Assembly: GCA_963721805.1 (NCBI GenBank)
Contig: CAVRJY010000002.1
Location: forward strand, 320,001-384,000
DNA length: 64,000 nt
Reading direction: 5' to 3'
Source of the DNA: Nitrospirota bacterium
Lineage (GTDB): Bacteria > Nitrospirota > Thermodesulfovibrionia > Thermodesulfovibrionales > JdFR-86
How positions within the stretch are numbered: the first letter of the stretch is position 1; each line of letters begins with the position of its first letter. Position numbers and translations under genes: made by a program. Below, piece by piece: positions 45,766 to 54,626 of the stretch. Under the pieces are notes generated by a model. That model had not been told where the DNA came from. It searched no databases and saw only the letters and a list, made by a program, of their open reading frames with translations.

Positions 45766-46110
45766 CTAATCCACCTCTATCTCGGAGACGTCGAGTTCGC
45801 GCCCGGTCTCGAACATGAAATTCCCGCCGCCGCACGCGGGGCAGGCCAGTATGAACTGCTCATCCGTGGTAAACGCGCCGCCGCAGTCGCGACAGGTGCC
45901 GCCCAGCGGGACCTCGATGATCGTGAGCACGGCCTCGCTCGCCGGGGTCTCGAGCTTCGCTATGTCGAATGCCATCCTGAGGGCCTCCGGCATCACGCCG
46001 CTTGCGGCCCCGACGCGGACCTCGACAGAACGAATCGCCGAGAACCCGGCCTTGCGGCAGTGGTCCCCGGCGATATCAAGGATGCTCATTGCGATTGAGG
46101 CCTCGTGCAT
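45766..46110 (-). CDS. hypA: Hydrogenase maturation nickel chaperone HypA
   Basis: MHE N-terminus, CRDC, CPAC, GREL. Confidence 0.95.
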   Translation of the reverse strand: MHEASIAMSILDIAGDHCRKAGFSAIRSVEVRVGAASGVMPEALRMAFDIAKLETPASEAVLTIIEVPLGGTCRDCGGAFTTDEQFILACPACGGGNFMFETGRELDVSEIEVD

Positions 46111-46403
46111 CAGGCCTGGGTTTCTTTGGGTCCCTCGGACTTTTCGACCTCTCTCTTGTAGGCCTCCACGCCGGCCTCGACCGCAGAGGATATCGCGGAC
46201 TTGCGGTTGCCGACGTAGCACTTGCCGCGGTCATAGTACTCGGCCGCGCCGTCCTTCAGGTCGCCGCCCATCTCGCGTATGCGGGCGCGCGTCTCGGCAC
46301 CCGAGCTTGGCGCGTACAGGAGCGCTAAACCAGCCCCCACGAGCCCTCCTACCAGCATACCCACCATGAACGACCCGCCACTGCATCTCTCGCCGTTAGG
46401 CAT
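46110..46403 (-). CDS. YtxH-domain protein
   Basis: F..G.LVG..VGA..ALLYAP.SG.ETR. Confidence 0.88.
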   Translation of the reverse strand: MPNGERCSGGSFMVGMLVGGLVGAGLALLYAPSSGAETRARIREMGGDLKDGAAEYYDRGKCYVGNRKSAISSAVEAGVEAYKREVEKSEGPKETQA

Positions 46404-46803
46404 TTTTATTTCCTCCTTTTCGGAATGCGATAATGGTCTTGATTACGTCGAATACCGCCAGTAGCCCGCTCTTAAATCCTCCGCCTCGCGACTCGAAACT
46501 CGATCCCAAGCTCCGAACCGAGTCCGTCACGTGTTTGATGTTCGATGCGGCGGCCGAGAGCGTTGAGGAAAGCGCGCGCGCGTCCTCGGTCACGGCGTTT
46601 ACCTTTTCGGTCACCTGCCGTATGTTGCGCAACGTGGTCTCGGCCTCGCTGAGCACGGACTTCGCGGCAGGCCCGGTCGTGTCGAGAAACTTCGAGACGT
46701 CCATCAGGGTCATCTTAAGCTGCATCAGGGCCGATACCGCATAGCCCACCAGCAGGGCCAGCAGCACGCACGATATCAGGGATACTATCTCTATAACGCT
46801 CAT
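46396..46803 (-). CDS. DUF948/YoxC-like protein
   Basis: N-terminal TM plus coiled coil, directly upstream of ytxH. Confidence 0.7.
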   Translation of the reverse strand: MSVIEIVSLISCVLLALLVGYAVSALMQLKMTLMDVSKFLDTTGPAAKSVLSEAETTLRNIRQVTEKVNAVTEDARALSSTLSAAASNIKHVTDSVRSLGSSFESRGGGFKSGLLAVFDVIKTIIAFRKGGNKNA

Positions 46804-46874
46804 CAGCAAACTATACCATAAGAAAGCCCGTTAGGCAACAGGTTAACGCTTCTTCTGCTGGCGGGATCTTTTTC

Positions 46875-46997
46875 AAAGCGCTCCAAATCGCTTGATACTG
46901 CGTTGGGCTTCAAAGACTCGCCCTCTATGTACGTCACAATACACCATCGGGCGGTCTTCTTGCCCTGCCTTGTCTGAAGACGATTTGGGCGCGCTTT
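46875..46997 (-). repeat. 123-bp structured MITE/REP-like repeat, copy A (with a GC-rich extension to about 47056)
   Basis: Terminal IR AAAGCGC..CCAAATCG / CGATTTGG..GCGCTTT; near reverse complement of copy D. Confidence 0.88.
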
Positions 46998-47113
46998 CGG
47001 GGGGAAGAAGAAGGTGCCCATGGCACCGCCCCCCGCGCCCCACGAGGTCAACGGCATGATTAGCACCCCGCCCATGAAAGCGAGCGATATTGCGGCAGAC
47101 AAGGAACGCCCGC

Positions 47114-48202
47114 GGATTGTAATGTGAAGTGCAACACCTGTGAAAGAAAAAGCCCATCGTCATCCTGTTCTGTTAGAGTCAAGTACCAACCAGACGAAAC
47201 AGAGAGGGAGGGACGATGGGCTACAGTCATTTTAGCATTGATGAGCGGGAGGGCATCGCAAGGATGCGTTATGCGGGGGTGAGCATACGTGAGATCGGGC
47301 GCCAGCTTGGCCGCTCGCCATCGAGCGTGAGCCGGGAGCTGCGGCGCAACACGAAGAAGTCTTTCTATGGCGCGCACGCCGCAACCGTGCTCTATGTCCG
47401 CCGAAGGCATTTTGCGAGCAGACGCCTGAAGCGCTGGCCGGACGGCCTGATCGGCTATGCGATGGCGGGACTTTGCAGGCGTTGGTCGCCGGAGCAGGTG
47501 TCGGGCCGCCTTAAGCTTGACCATCCACATAGCACAGAGATGCGGATATCCTTTGCCACGCTATACAGATGGATACGGCAGGACAGGGCGATGGGGGGCT
47601 CGATGCATCGCATGCTGAGGCGTAAGGGAAGGAGCTACAGAAAAGCCCGGGGGCCTGAGACCAGGGGCCGGTTCAATGGGGCGTTGAGCATCAGGCAGCG
47701 CCCCGAGATCGTGGTCCGGAAGGGACGCTTCGGGGATTGGGAGGCGGATACCGTCTACGGGTTCGACGGGAAAACGTGCATCGCAACGTTTAACGAGCGC
47801 AAGAGCCTCTACCTTATATCGAGGAAGATGCCGAGGCCCGGCTCGGAGGCGTTGAGGGAGGCCGCCGTATCGGCGCTGGGAGGCCTGCGGCAGGGCATGC
47901 GTATGACCATGACCGTGGACAGGGGCAGCGAGTTTGCATGCTACAGGGACTTAAAATACATGATGGGGATCGACGTATACTTCGCCGACCCCTATTGCTC
48001 ATGGCAGCGCGGCCAGAACGAAAACCTCAACGGGCTGCTGCGGCAGTACTTTCCGAAGGGGATCGACTTCAACACAGTAACGCAGGAGCAGCTGGATCGC
48101 GTCGTTGATGAGATTAACAACAGACCAAGAAAAACGCTGGACTACAGGGCACCCGCCGAGGTTGCGGCAAATGCGCGCCTGTTGCACTTGGCTTGACAAT
48201 CC
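47114..48202 (+). mobile_element. IS30-family insertion sequence (about 1.09 kb)
   Basis: Inverted ends GGATTGTAATGTGAAGTGCAACA / TGTTGCACTTGGCTTGACAATCC around one transposase gene. Confidence 0.92.
47216..48196 (+). CDS. IS30-family transposase
   Basis: LGRSPSSVSRELRRN HTH, WSPEQ, GDWEADT, DRGSEF, WQRGQNEN.NGLLRQYFPK. Confidence 0.96.
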   Translation: MGYSHFSIDEREGIARMRYAGVSIREIGRQLGRSPSSVSRELRRNTKKSFYGAHAATVLYVRRRHFASRRLKRWPDGLIGYAMAGLCRRWSPEQVSGRLKLDHPHSTEMRISFATLYRWIRQDRAMGGSMHRMLRRKGRSYRKARGPETRGRFNGALSIRQRPEIVVRKGRFGDWEADTVYGFDGKTCIATFNERKSLYLISRKMPRPGSEALREAAVSALGGLRQGMRMTMTVDRGSEFACYRDLKYMMGIDVYFADPYCSWQRGQNENLNGLLRQYFPKGIDFNTVTQEQLDRVVDEINNRPRKTLDYRAPAEVAANARLLHLA

Positions 48203-48759
48203 ACTGCGAGAAAAATGACCGGAGGCGTACTGAACGTACGTCGAGGACATTTTTCGAGGCAGAGACGCAGTATCCCGCAATTGCAGCCGCTTTCAGTTAT
48301 ATACATAGTTATCGCGCGTGCCCGCGCGCGCGCTTTTTTTTAGAGCGTTCAAATGAACAAACAAAACATGTTCTAACCCAGCGGAATTCATCGCTTTTTT
48401 CGGGCCTCCGTGTTCATGCGTTCAGAAACGTTTTTCGCGCGTACCACCGCCTCCGGCATCGCCTTCTGCATCTTCAAAATGAGCATATCAGCCTCATCAC
48501 ATATTGAAGCACATCGAAATGAAAAAAGCGATAACCTACTGTTTATATATAAACCGAAGTTGATAGAAAAAATTGATCGCCGTGCGTTTTCTACTAACTT
48601 TCGATTAACTATAGTTACTGACAGGAAAAATTATGGGAGTTACGCACTCCCACTAATGAACTAAAGCTGGTCGTCCCTTCGCTGGAGCGGCCCGTTTTGC
48701 AATTAAAGCCGTTGACCTTGGGGTGCGGGGTCCAGCGGCTGGGCCGCGTCTAACCCCGC

Positions 48760-48882
48760 AAAGCGCAGCCAAATCGTCTTCAGACTAGGAGCGGAGAGGA
48801 AAACGTCCGACGGTGTACTTGGGCGTACATCGAGGACGGATTTCCGAGCAGTGACGACGTATCAAGCGATTTGGGGCGCTTT
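48760..48882 (+). repeat. 123-bp structured repeat, copy C (upstream extension from about 48687)
   Basis: Same terminal IR and central TGTAC-TTGGGC-GTACA hairpin. Confidence 0.88.
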
Positions 48883-48900
48883 CAAAAAAACTACCGGTAG

Positions 48901-49398
48901 CTACCGTTTAACTTCCTCCTCAAGCTTGTCCAGGCTCGAGTTCCAACCTGCTTCCATCCCGCTTTCCTCCATGGCTATGCGCGCGGCGGGCGATTCCGGA
49001 AGCTCGTATATGATCGAGAGCTTCGTCTTGTGGCCGTGGGCCTCGAACGTCACGGTTACGTGCATCTCGGCGGGGAAGTCAGGGCTTAACCCGTAGTCGG
49101 AGGCCCTCATCTTGTTGCCCTGGGCGTCCTTGAACATGTCCGTGACCTCTATCCGTTCGCCCGGGACGATTTCCCTGAAAAACCCACCGCTCCAGTATTC
49201 CTTGCCGTCAGGGCCGCGCATGGCGTAGAGGTATTCGCCGCCGACTCGCAGGTCGACCTTGGCTACAGGGCATGTAAACCCCTCGGGGCCCCACCAGTTC
49301 TTCAGGTGCTCGGGCTTGGTCCACGTGTCCCAGACCTTCTCGCGCGGCGCGTGTATGATCCTTTCGATAACGAACTCTTTCGCCTCGGTCGGCAGCAT
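48901..49398 (-). CDS. SRPBCC/AHSA1-like domain protein
   Basis: IERIIHAPREKVW..WT, WWGP, DLRVGG.Y, GW.SSLDKL; AAGGAG RBS. Confidence 0.9.
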   Translation of the reverse strand: MLPTEAKEFVIERIIHAPREKVWDTWTKPEHLKNWWGPEGFTCPVAKVDLRVGGEYLYAMRGPDGKEYWSGGFFREIVPGERIEVTDMFKDAQGNKMRASDYGLSPDFPAEMHVTVTFEAHGHKTKLSIIYELPESPAARIAMEESGMEAGWNSSLDKLEEEVKR

Positions 49399-49577
49399 CG
49401 GGATTCTCCTTTTCGGGTGGGTTGATATTGCTCTATGACCGATTATCTCACGGTAAGTTGCCGCGTGCAACCGCGATATTAAACAAAACGGGCCACCCCA
49501 TCGCCGGGGCGGCCCGTTCTGCAATTACTGCCTTTGACCTTGTGGGGCGCGGGGGGCTCTTTTATTCTCTCCCCCCG

Positions 49578-49700
49578 AAAGCGCGTCCAAATCGTCTTCA
49601 GACAAGGCAGGGCGAGAAGACCGCCCGATGGTGTACTTGGGCGTACATAGAGGGCGAGTCTTCGATGCCCAACGCAGTATCAAGCGATTTGGAGCGCTTT
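49578..49700 (+). repeat. 123-bp structured repeat, copy D (upstream extension from about 49509); overlaps the aconitase stop
   Basis: Same terminal IR and hairpin. Confidence 0.88.
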
Positions 49701-51627
49701 AACTAACATTCTTGCGGGTATACGGCAGCAGCCCGCCCGCCTCAACGAGTGCGGCCTCGCGCTCGTTCAGGCCCGACGTCACCTCGAACGAAAATCCCTT
49801 TGTCACGTCCTCGACCTTGCACGTGCCGCTCAGGCATCCCTTCGCGTCCGCGATGCGCAGCGTGTCTCCCTGCTCGATGCGGTCATAGTCGGCCGGGTTT
49901 TTAAACACGAGCGGAAGGACGCCGAAGTTGATGAGGTTGCTCCTATGTATGCGCGCGAAGGCCTTGGCTATCACGGCCTGAAGGCCGAGGTACATCGGGG
50001 CCATCGCGGCGTGCTCGCGCGATGAGCCCTGCCCGTAGTTGTCGCCGCCGACCACGAAGAAGCCATTGAGCCCTTTCGCCCGCTGGTCGAACCTGTCCTC
50101 GACCGTTCCGAAGACATAGGCCGAGATCGCCGGGATGTTCGAGCGCAGCGGGAGCACCTTCGATCCCGCGGGCATGATGTCGTCAGTCGTGATGTTGTCT
50201 CCAAGCTTTAGCGCGACGGTCGCCTCAACCGATCCCTGAAGCTCGGCCTTCACCGGGACTTCCTTTATGTTCGGGCCCTTGACGACCGGCACCGATGCGG
50301 CATCCGGGCGCGGCGGTATGAGCATGTTGTCGTTTATGAGGAATTTCTTTATATCCTTGAACTCGCCCACTGTGAGGTCGGTCTTGAACGGGTCGACGAA
50401 CTCGCCCTTGAGCGCGAATAGCGCGCACAAAAGCGGGTTCATCAGGTATACCGAGGCGGTCTTGTTGCCGCTTCTGCCGTGGAAGTTGCGGTTATACGAG
50501 CGCACGGATACCTGGTTCGTACCCGGCGTGCCGCCCATGCCTATGCACGGCCCGCACGATGCCTCGTACATCCGCGCGCCGGCCGAGACCATGTCAGCGA
50601 GCGAGCCGTCGCGGCCGAGCATCTCGTATACCTGCTTAGATCCGGGGTTTATAAGCAGGCTCACGCCCTTTGCAAGCGTGTGGCCCTTCAGAAGCGAGGC
50701 GACCTGCCTCATGCCCTGGTACGACGAGTTCGTGCAGCTCCCGATGCATGCCTGATGGATCTTCGTGCCGACGAGCGAGCTGATCGTGGCGACGTTGTCA
50801 GGGCTGTGGGGCTGCGCGGTGAGTGGCTCGACCGTCGAGAGGTCTATCTCTATAGTCTCTGCGTACTTCGCGCTTTTATCGGCTGAGAGCTTCGTCCAGT
50901 CGGCCTCGCGGCCCTGGGCCTTCAGGAAGGCGCGAGTGACCTTGTCAGACGGGAATACCGAGGTCGTCGCACCGAGTTCCGCGCCCATATTTGTAATGGT
51001 CGCGCGCTCGGTGAGGCTCAGGTCGAGGACGCCCTCGCCGGTGTACTCGAATATCTTCCCGACCCCGCCCTTTACGGTCAGGCGCCTGAGGAGCTCCAGT
51101 ATCACGTCCATCCCCGTGACCCAAGGCCTGCGGAGCTTTCCGGTTAATCTCACCTCGACTATCGCGGGCATCTTGAGTTCAAACGGCGCGCCGGCCATAA
51201 CGGTCGCGGCATCGAGGCCGCCCACACCGATAGCGAGCATCGCCATGCCGCCATTGGTGGGGGTGTGGCTGTCGGTGCCGAGCGCGATCATGCCGGGCTT
51301 GGCGAAGCGCTCCAGATTGATCTGGTGCGAGATGCCGTTTCCGGGACGCGAGAACCACGCCCCGAACCTCGCTGCGACTGACTCCAGGAATGCGTGGTCG
51401 TCAGCGTTCATGAAATCGGTCTGGAGCGTGTTGTGGTCTACGTATGAGACCGCAAGCGGGACCTTCACGCTGTCTACGCCTATAGCCTCGAACTGGAGCC
51501 ACGCCATCGTGCCGGTGGCGTCCTGCGTATAGACCTCGTCTATGCGGACGCCGATGGTCTCGCCTGCCTTTAATTTGCCGTATGCCCTGTGGGCCTCAAG
51601 TATCTTCTCGGCTACGTTTCTTCCCAT
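49699..51627 (-). CDS. Aconitate hydratase (short, about 640-aa type)
   Basis: QDATG, DHN, DSHT, IGSCTN, CGPCIG, NRNF, TTDDI, GSSREHA. Confidence 0.93.
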   Translation of the reverse strand: MGRNVAEKILEAHRAYGKLKAGETIGVRIDEVYTQDATGTMAWLQFEAIGVDSVKVPLAVSYVDHNTLQTDFMNADDHAFLESVAARFGAWFSRPGNGISHQINLERFAKPGMIALGTDSHTPTNGGMAMLAIGVGGLDAATVMAGAPFELKMPAIVEVRLTGKLRRPWVTGMDVILELLRRLTVKGGVGKIFEYTGEGVLDLSLTERATITNMGAELGATTSVFPSDKVTRAFLKAQGREADWTKLSADKSAKYAETIEIDLSTVEPLTAQPHSPDNVATISSLVGTKIHQACIGSCTNSSYQGMRQVASLLKGHTLAKGVSLLINPGSKQVYEMLGRDGSLADMVSAGARMYEASCGPCIGMGGTPGTNQVSVRSYNRNFHGRSGNKTASVYLMNPLLCALFALKGEFVDPFKTDLTVGEFKDIKKFLINDNMLIPPRPDAASVPVVKGPNIKEVPVKAELQGSVEATVALKLGDNITTDDIMPAGSKVLPLRSNIPAISAYVFGTVEDRFDQRAKGLNGFFVVGGDNYGQGSSREHAAMAPMYLGLQAVIAKAFARIHRSNLINFGVLPLVFKNPADYDRIEQGDTLRIADAKGCLSGTCKVEDVTKGFSFEVTSGLNEREAALVEAGGLLPYTRKNVS

Positions 51628-51695
51628 TATCAAATCTCCTTTGTAGGTCTGAGCGTCTAATTTACCACAAGGCCGCATGCACAGTGCAAATAAGT

Positions 51696-51724
51696 AAAGG
51701 GTGCGAGGCTTGCGCCCCGCACCC
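51696..51724 (-). terminator. Terminator of the fdhA gene
   Basis: Minus strand GGGTGCGGGGC-GCAA-GCCTCGCACCC-TTT. Confidence 0.75.
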
Positions 51725-51747
51725 CCCTTAGATTCGGATTATATGGG

Positions 51748-54453
51748 TTAGGCCTTCTCGACCTTGACGGCGCAGCTCTTGTACTCCGGCGTCCCGGTGA
51801 TCGGGTCGCGCACCCCCGAGGTCAGCAGGTTCGTGAGGCACTTGTCGAAATGGAACGTCATGAAAACGCTCCCCGGCTGCATCCGCCCGCTGATGTTGGC
51901 CTTAACCTTCACCTCACCGCGCCTTGAAGAAACCTTCGCCCACGAGCCGTCCTCGATCCCGAGCGCCGCCGCGTCCTCCGCGCTGATCTCCAGGAGCTCC
52001 TCGGGCACGAGCGCCATTATTCCAGGCACTCGGCGCGTAAACGAGCCGTTACAGTAGTGTTCGCGGATGCGGCCCGTAATCAGCGCCAGCGGGTATTCGC
52101 TGTCTGGCGGCTCCCCCGAGCCCTTATGGTCGAGCGCTACGAACCTGGCGAGCCCGCCGGGCCGCGCGAAGATATCGGTATAGAGCGTCGTGGTGCCGGG
52201 ATGGTCCTTGGTCGGGCAGGGCCACTGTATGCCGCGCTCCTCGATCCGGGCATAGCTTATGCCGCCGTATATAGGAGACAGCGAAGCGAGTTCGTCCATG
52301 ATCTCAGACGGATGGCTGTACTTCATCGGATAGCCCATGCGGGTAGAGAGCTCGCACAGCACCTCCCAGTCCGGCTTGCCGCAAAGCGGCTCGATGGCCT
52401 TGCGCACGCGCTGCACGCGGCGCTCGCCGTTCGTAAACGTCCCGTCCTTCTCGGCGAAGCTCGCGCCGGGCAGCACTACATGCGCGAATCTGGTCGTCTC
52501 ACAATGGAACAGGTCCATGACGACAAGGAATTCGAGCGACGCGAGCGCCTTCCAGACGTGGTTGAGATTCGGGTCGGTCTGGCCTATGTCATAGCCCATC
52601 ACGAAAAGGCCCTTGAAGTTGCCCTTAACGCATTCATCCAGCATCTCGACCGACTTGAGCCCGGCCTTCGGGTGCAGCTTCACCCCCCATGCGGCCTCGA
52701 ACTTCTCTCTCACCTTCGGGTCGAGCACCGACTGGTAGCCCGGTAATGATGCCGGGTAGGGCCCTACGTCCGATGCGCCCTGCACGTTGTTCTGGCCGCG
52801 AAGGGCCATGATCCCTGTAGACGGACGTCCGATGTGGCCGGTCACGAGCGCGAGGTTGGCGATGGCTATCGCGTTTTCCGTCCCGGTCTGGTGCTCGGTT
52901 ATGCCGAGGCCGTAGACGATCATGCCGTTGCGCGTGTGCGAATACATCCGCGCGGCCTCGACGATCTTGTCCTTTGATACGCCGGTGAGCTTCTCGACGC
53001 GGTCGAGGTCGTATTCCTTGACCTTCGAGCGCAGTTCCTCGATCCCCTCCGTGCGCTTGGCGATGAACTCCTTGTTCTCCCAGCCATTTTCAAGTATTAC
53101 GTTTACTATTCCGTTTAGCAGCGCGATGTTGCTTCCGGGCTTGAGGTTAAGCCATACGTCCGCGCGCCTGGCCATCCATGTCAGCCTCGGGTCGCCGACG
53201 ATGAGCTTCGCGCCGTTTCTGAGCGCGGCCTTCAGCCAGATCGAGACGATCGGGTGGCCCTCGTTCGGGTTTGAGCCGAAGAGGAAGAGCGTGTCGATGT
53301 CCGGCATCTGCGCCAGAGAGTTAGTAGCTGCCCCCGCCCCTAAGCTTGTGGCCAGACCGGCCACAGTGGGAGCGTGTCAGACTCGAGCGCAGTTGTCCAC
53401 GTTATTGGACCCCACTGCGCAGCGTACCAACTTCGATACCAGGTAGTTCTCTTCGTTTGTGCAGCGGGCCGATGAAAACGCGCCGACCTTCTCCGGGCCG
53501 TGCTTGGCGATCAGTTCCTTAAACTTGCTCGCGACCAGGGTTAACGCCTCGTCCCACGATGCCTCGCGGAACGTCCCGTCCTCCTTGCGGATCAACGGAG
53601 TGGTGATGCGGTCGGGGCTGTGGATGAAGTCATACCCGTACCTGCCCTTGATGCAGAGGTTGCCCTGGTTGACCGGGGCGTCTAGGTCGGATGAGACCTT
53701 CACGACCTTGCCGTCGCGGACGTTTAGAAAGAAGTTACAGCCCGTGCCGCAGTATGAGCAGGTGGTCTTGACCTTCTTGAGGTCCGCCGCGCGGCCCTTG
53801 CCCCGGCCCTTGGTGTCCGTGAGCGCGCCGGTCGGGCAGGTCGAGACGCACTGGCCGCAGAACTCGCAGTTCTCCAGCGAACGCGGGCGTGCGTATGCGG
53901 TGTCCGGCATCGAGTTGAACCCGCGGCCGGTCATGTCTATCGTGCCCGCCATCACGACGTCGTTGCAGATGCGGGTGCAGCGGCCGCATAAGATACATTT
54001 GTTCGGCTCGTACGTTATGAAGGGGTTGTCCTGCCTGATCGGGAGCGCCCATTTCTCGCCCTCGTACTTGCCGAACTGGACCCCGTAGTGGTAAGCCATG
54101 TTCTGGAGCGAGCAGTCGCCGCAGGCCTCGCAGGTCATGCACTCGTTGGGATGATTGGAAAGAAGGAGCGCCAGGACCTCCTTGCGGATCTTGGTGAGGC
54201 GCTCGTTTTCGGTCGTGATCTCCATGCCCTCGTCGGCCGGGGTGGTGCAGGCCGGCAGGAGCTTTCTGACGCCCTTGATCTCGATGAGGCAGAGCCTGCA
54301 GCCGCCGTATGGTTCGAGGCGGTCGTCGTGGCAGAGGGTCGGGACGAATATCCCGGCGCCCTTGCAGACCTCCAACACGGTCTTGCCGCGCTCAAAGGCG
54401 ATCTCTATTCCGTTGATCTTCATCTTCAGCCCAACCGCAGCGTCAGTGCCCAA
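51748..54453 (-). CDS. fdhA: Selenocysteine-containing formate dehydrogenase alpha subunit (in-frame UGA at 53377-53379)
   Basis: Two ORFs join in frame as NVDNCARV-UGA-HAPTVAGL; RGQNNVQG; N-terminal Fe-S motifs. Confidence 0.95.
53347..53365 (-). promoter_or_regulatory. Bacterial SECIS hairpin
   Basis: UGUGGCC-GGUCU-GGCCACA starts 11 nt after the UGA. Confidence 0.88.
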
Positions 54454-54517
54454 TTTCTATCTCCCCTTGGTATATGGATATCCCTGACAATAAACTGTTA
54501 ATTATACCTGTCCGTTT

Positions 54518-54546
54518 ATGATAAGTGGTCGATCCCATTCTGTCAA
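54518..54546 (-). promoter_or_regulatory. Sigma-70 promoter of fdhA, TTGACA-N17-TATCAT
   Basis: Direct motif match. Confidence 0.65.
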
Positions 54547-54576
54547 GTCGCGGTGCGGGTTTGGGGCTCATGAAGT

Positions 54577-54606
54577 TTGACAATCTTTCCGATAAGACAG
54601 TAGAAT
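54577..54606 (+). promoter_or_regulatory. Sigma-70 promoter of clpC, TTGACA-N18-TAGAAT
   Basis: Direct motif match; GAGGTG RBS follows. Confidence 0.65.
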
Positions 54607-54626
54607 TAAATTAAGAGGTGAACGAT

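Larger units (their letters stand above)
47075..48295 (+). repeat. Diverged repeat copy B, split by IS30
   Basis: TGAAAGCG..ATTGCGG-CAGACAAGG left of the IS; CGTAC-N5-GTACG..ACGCAGTATC..CCGCAAT..CGCTTTCA right of the IS. Confidence 0.7.

Noticed and set aside
46803..49706. Similar short ORFs at 46803-47102 and 49422-49706 (PPKARPNRLQTRQG)
   Set aside because: They are translations of the non-coding 123-bp repeat; conservation follows base pairing, not codons
51748..54453. fdhA as a nonsense pseudogene or two genes
   Set aside because: The UGA is at the conserved Sec position with a SECIS hairpin
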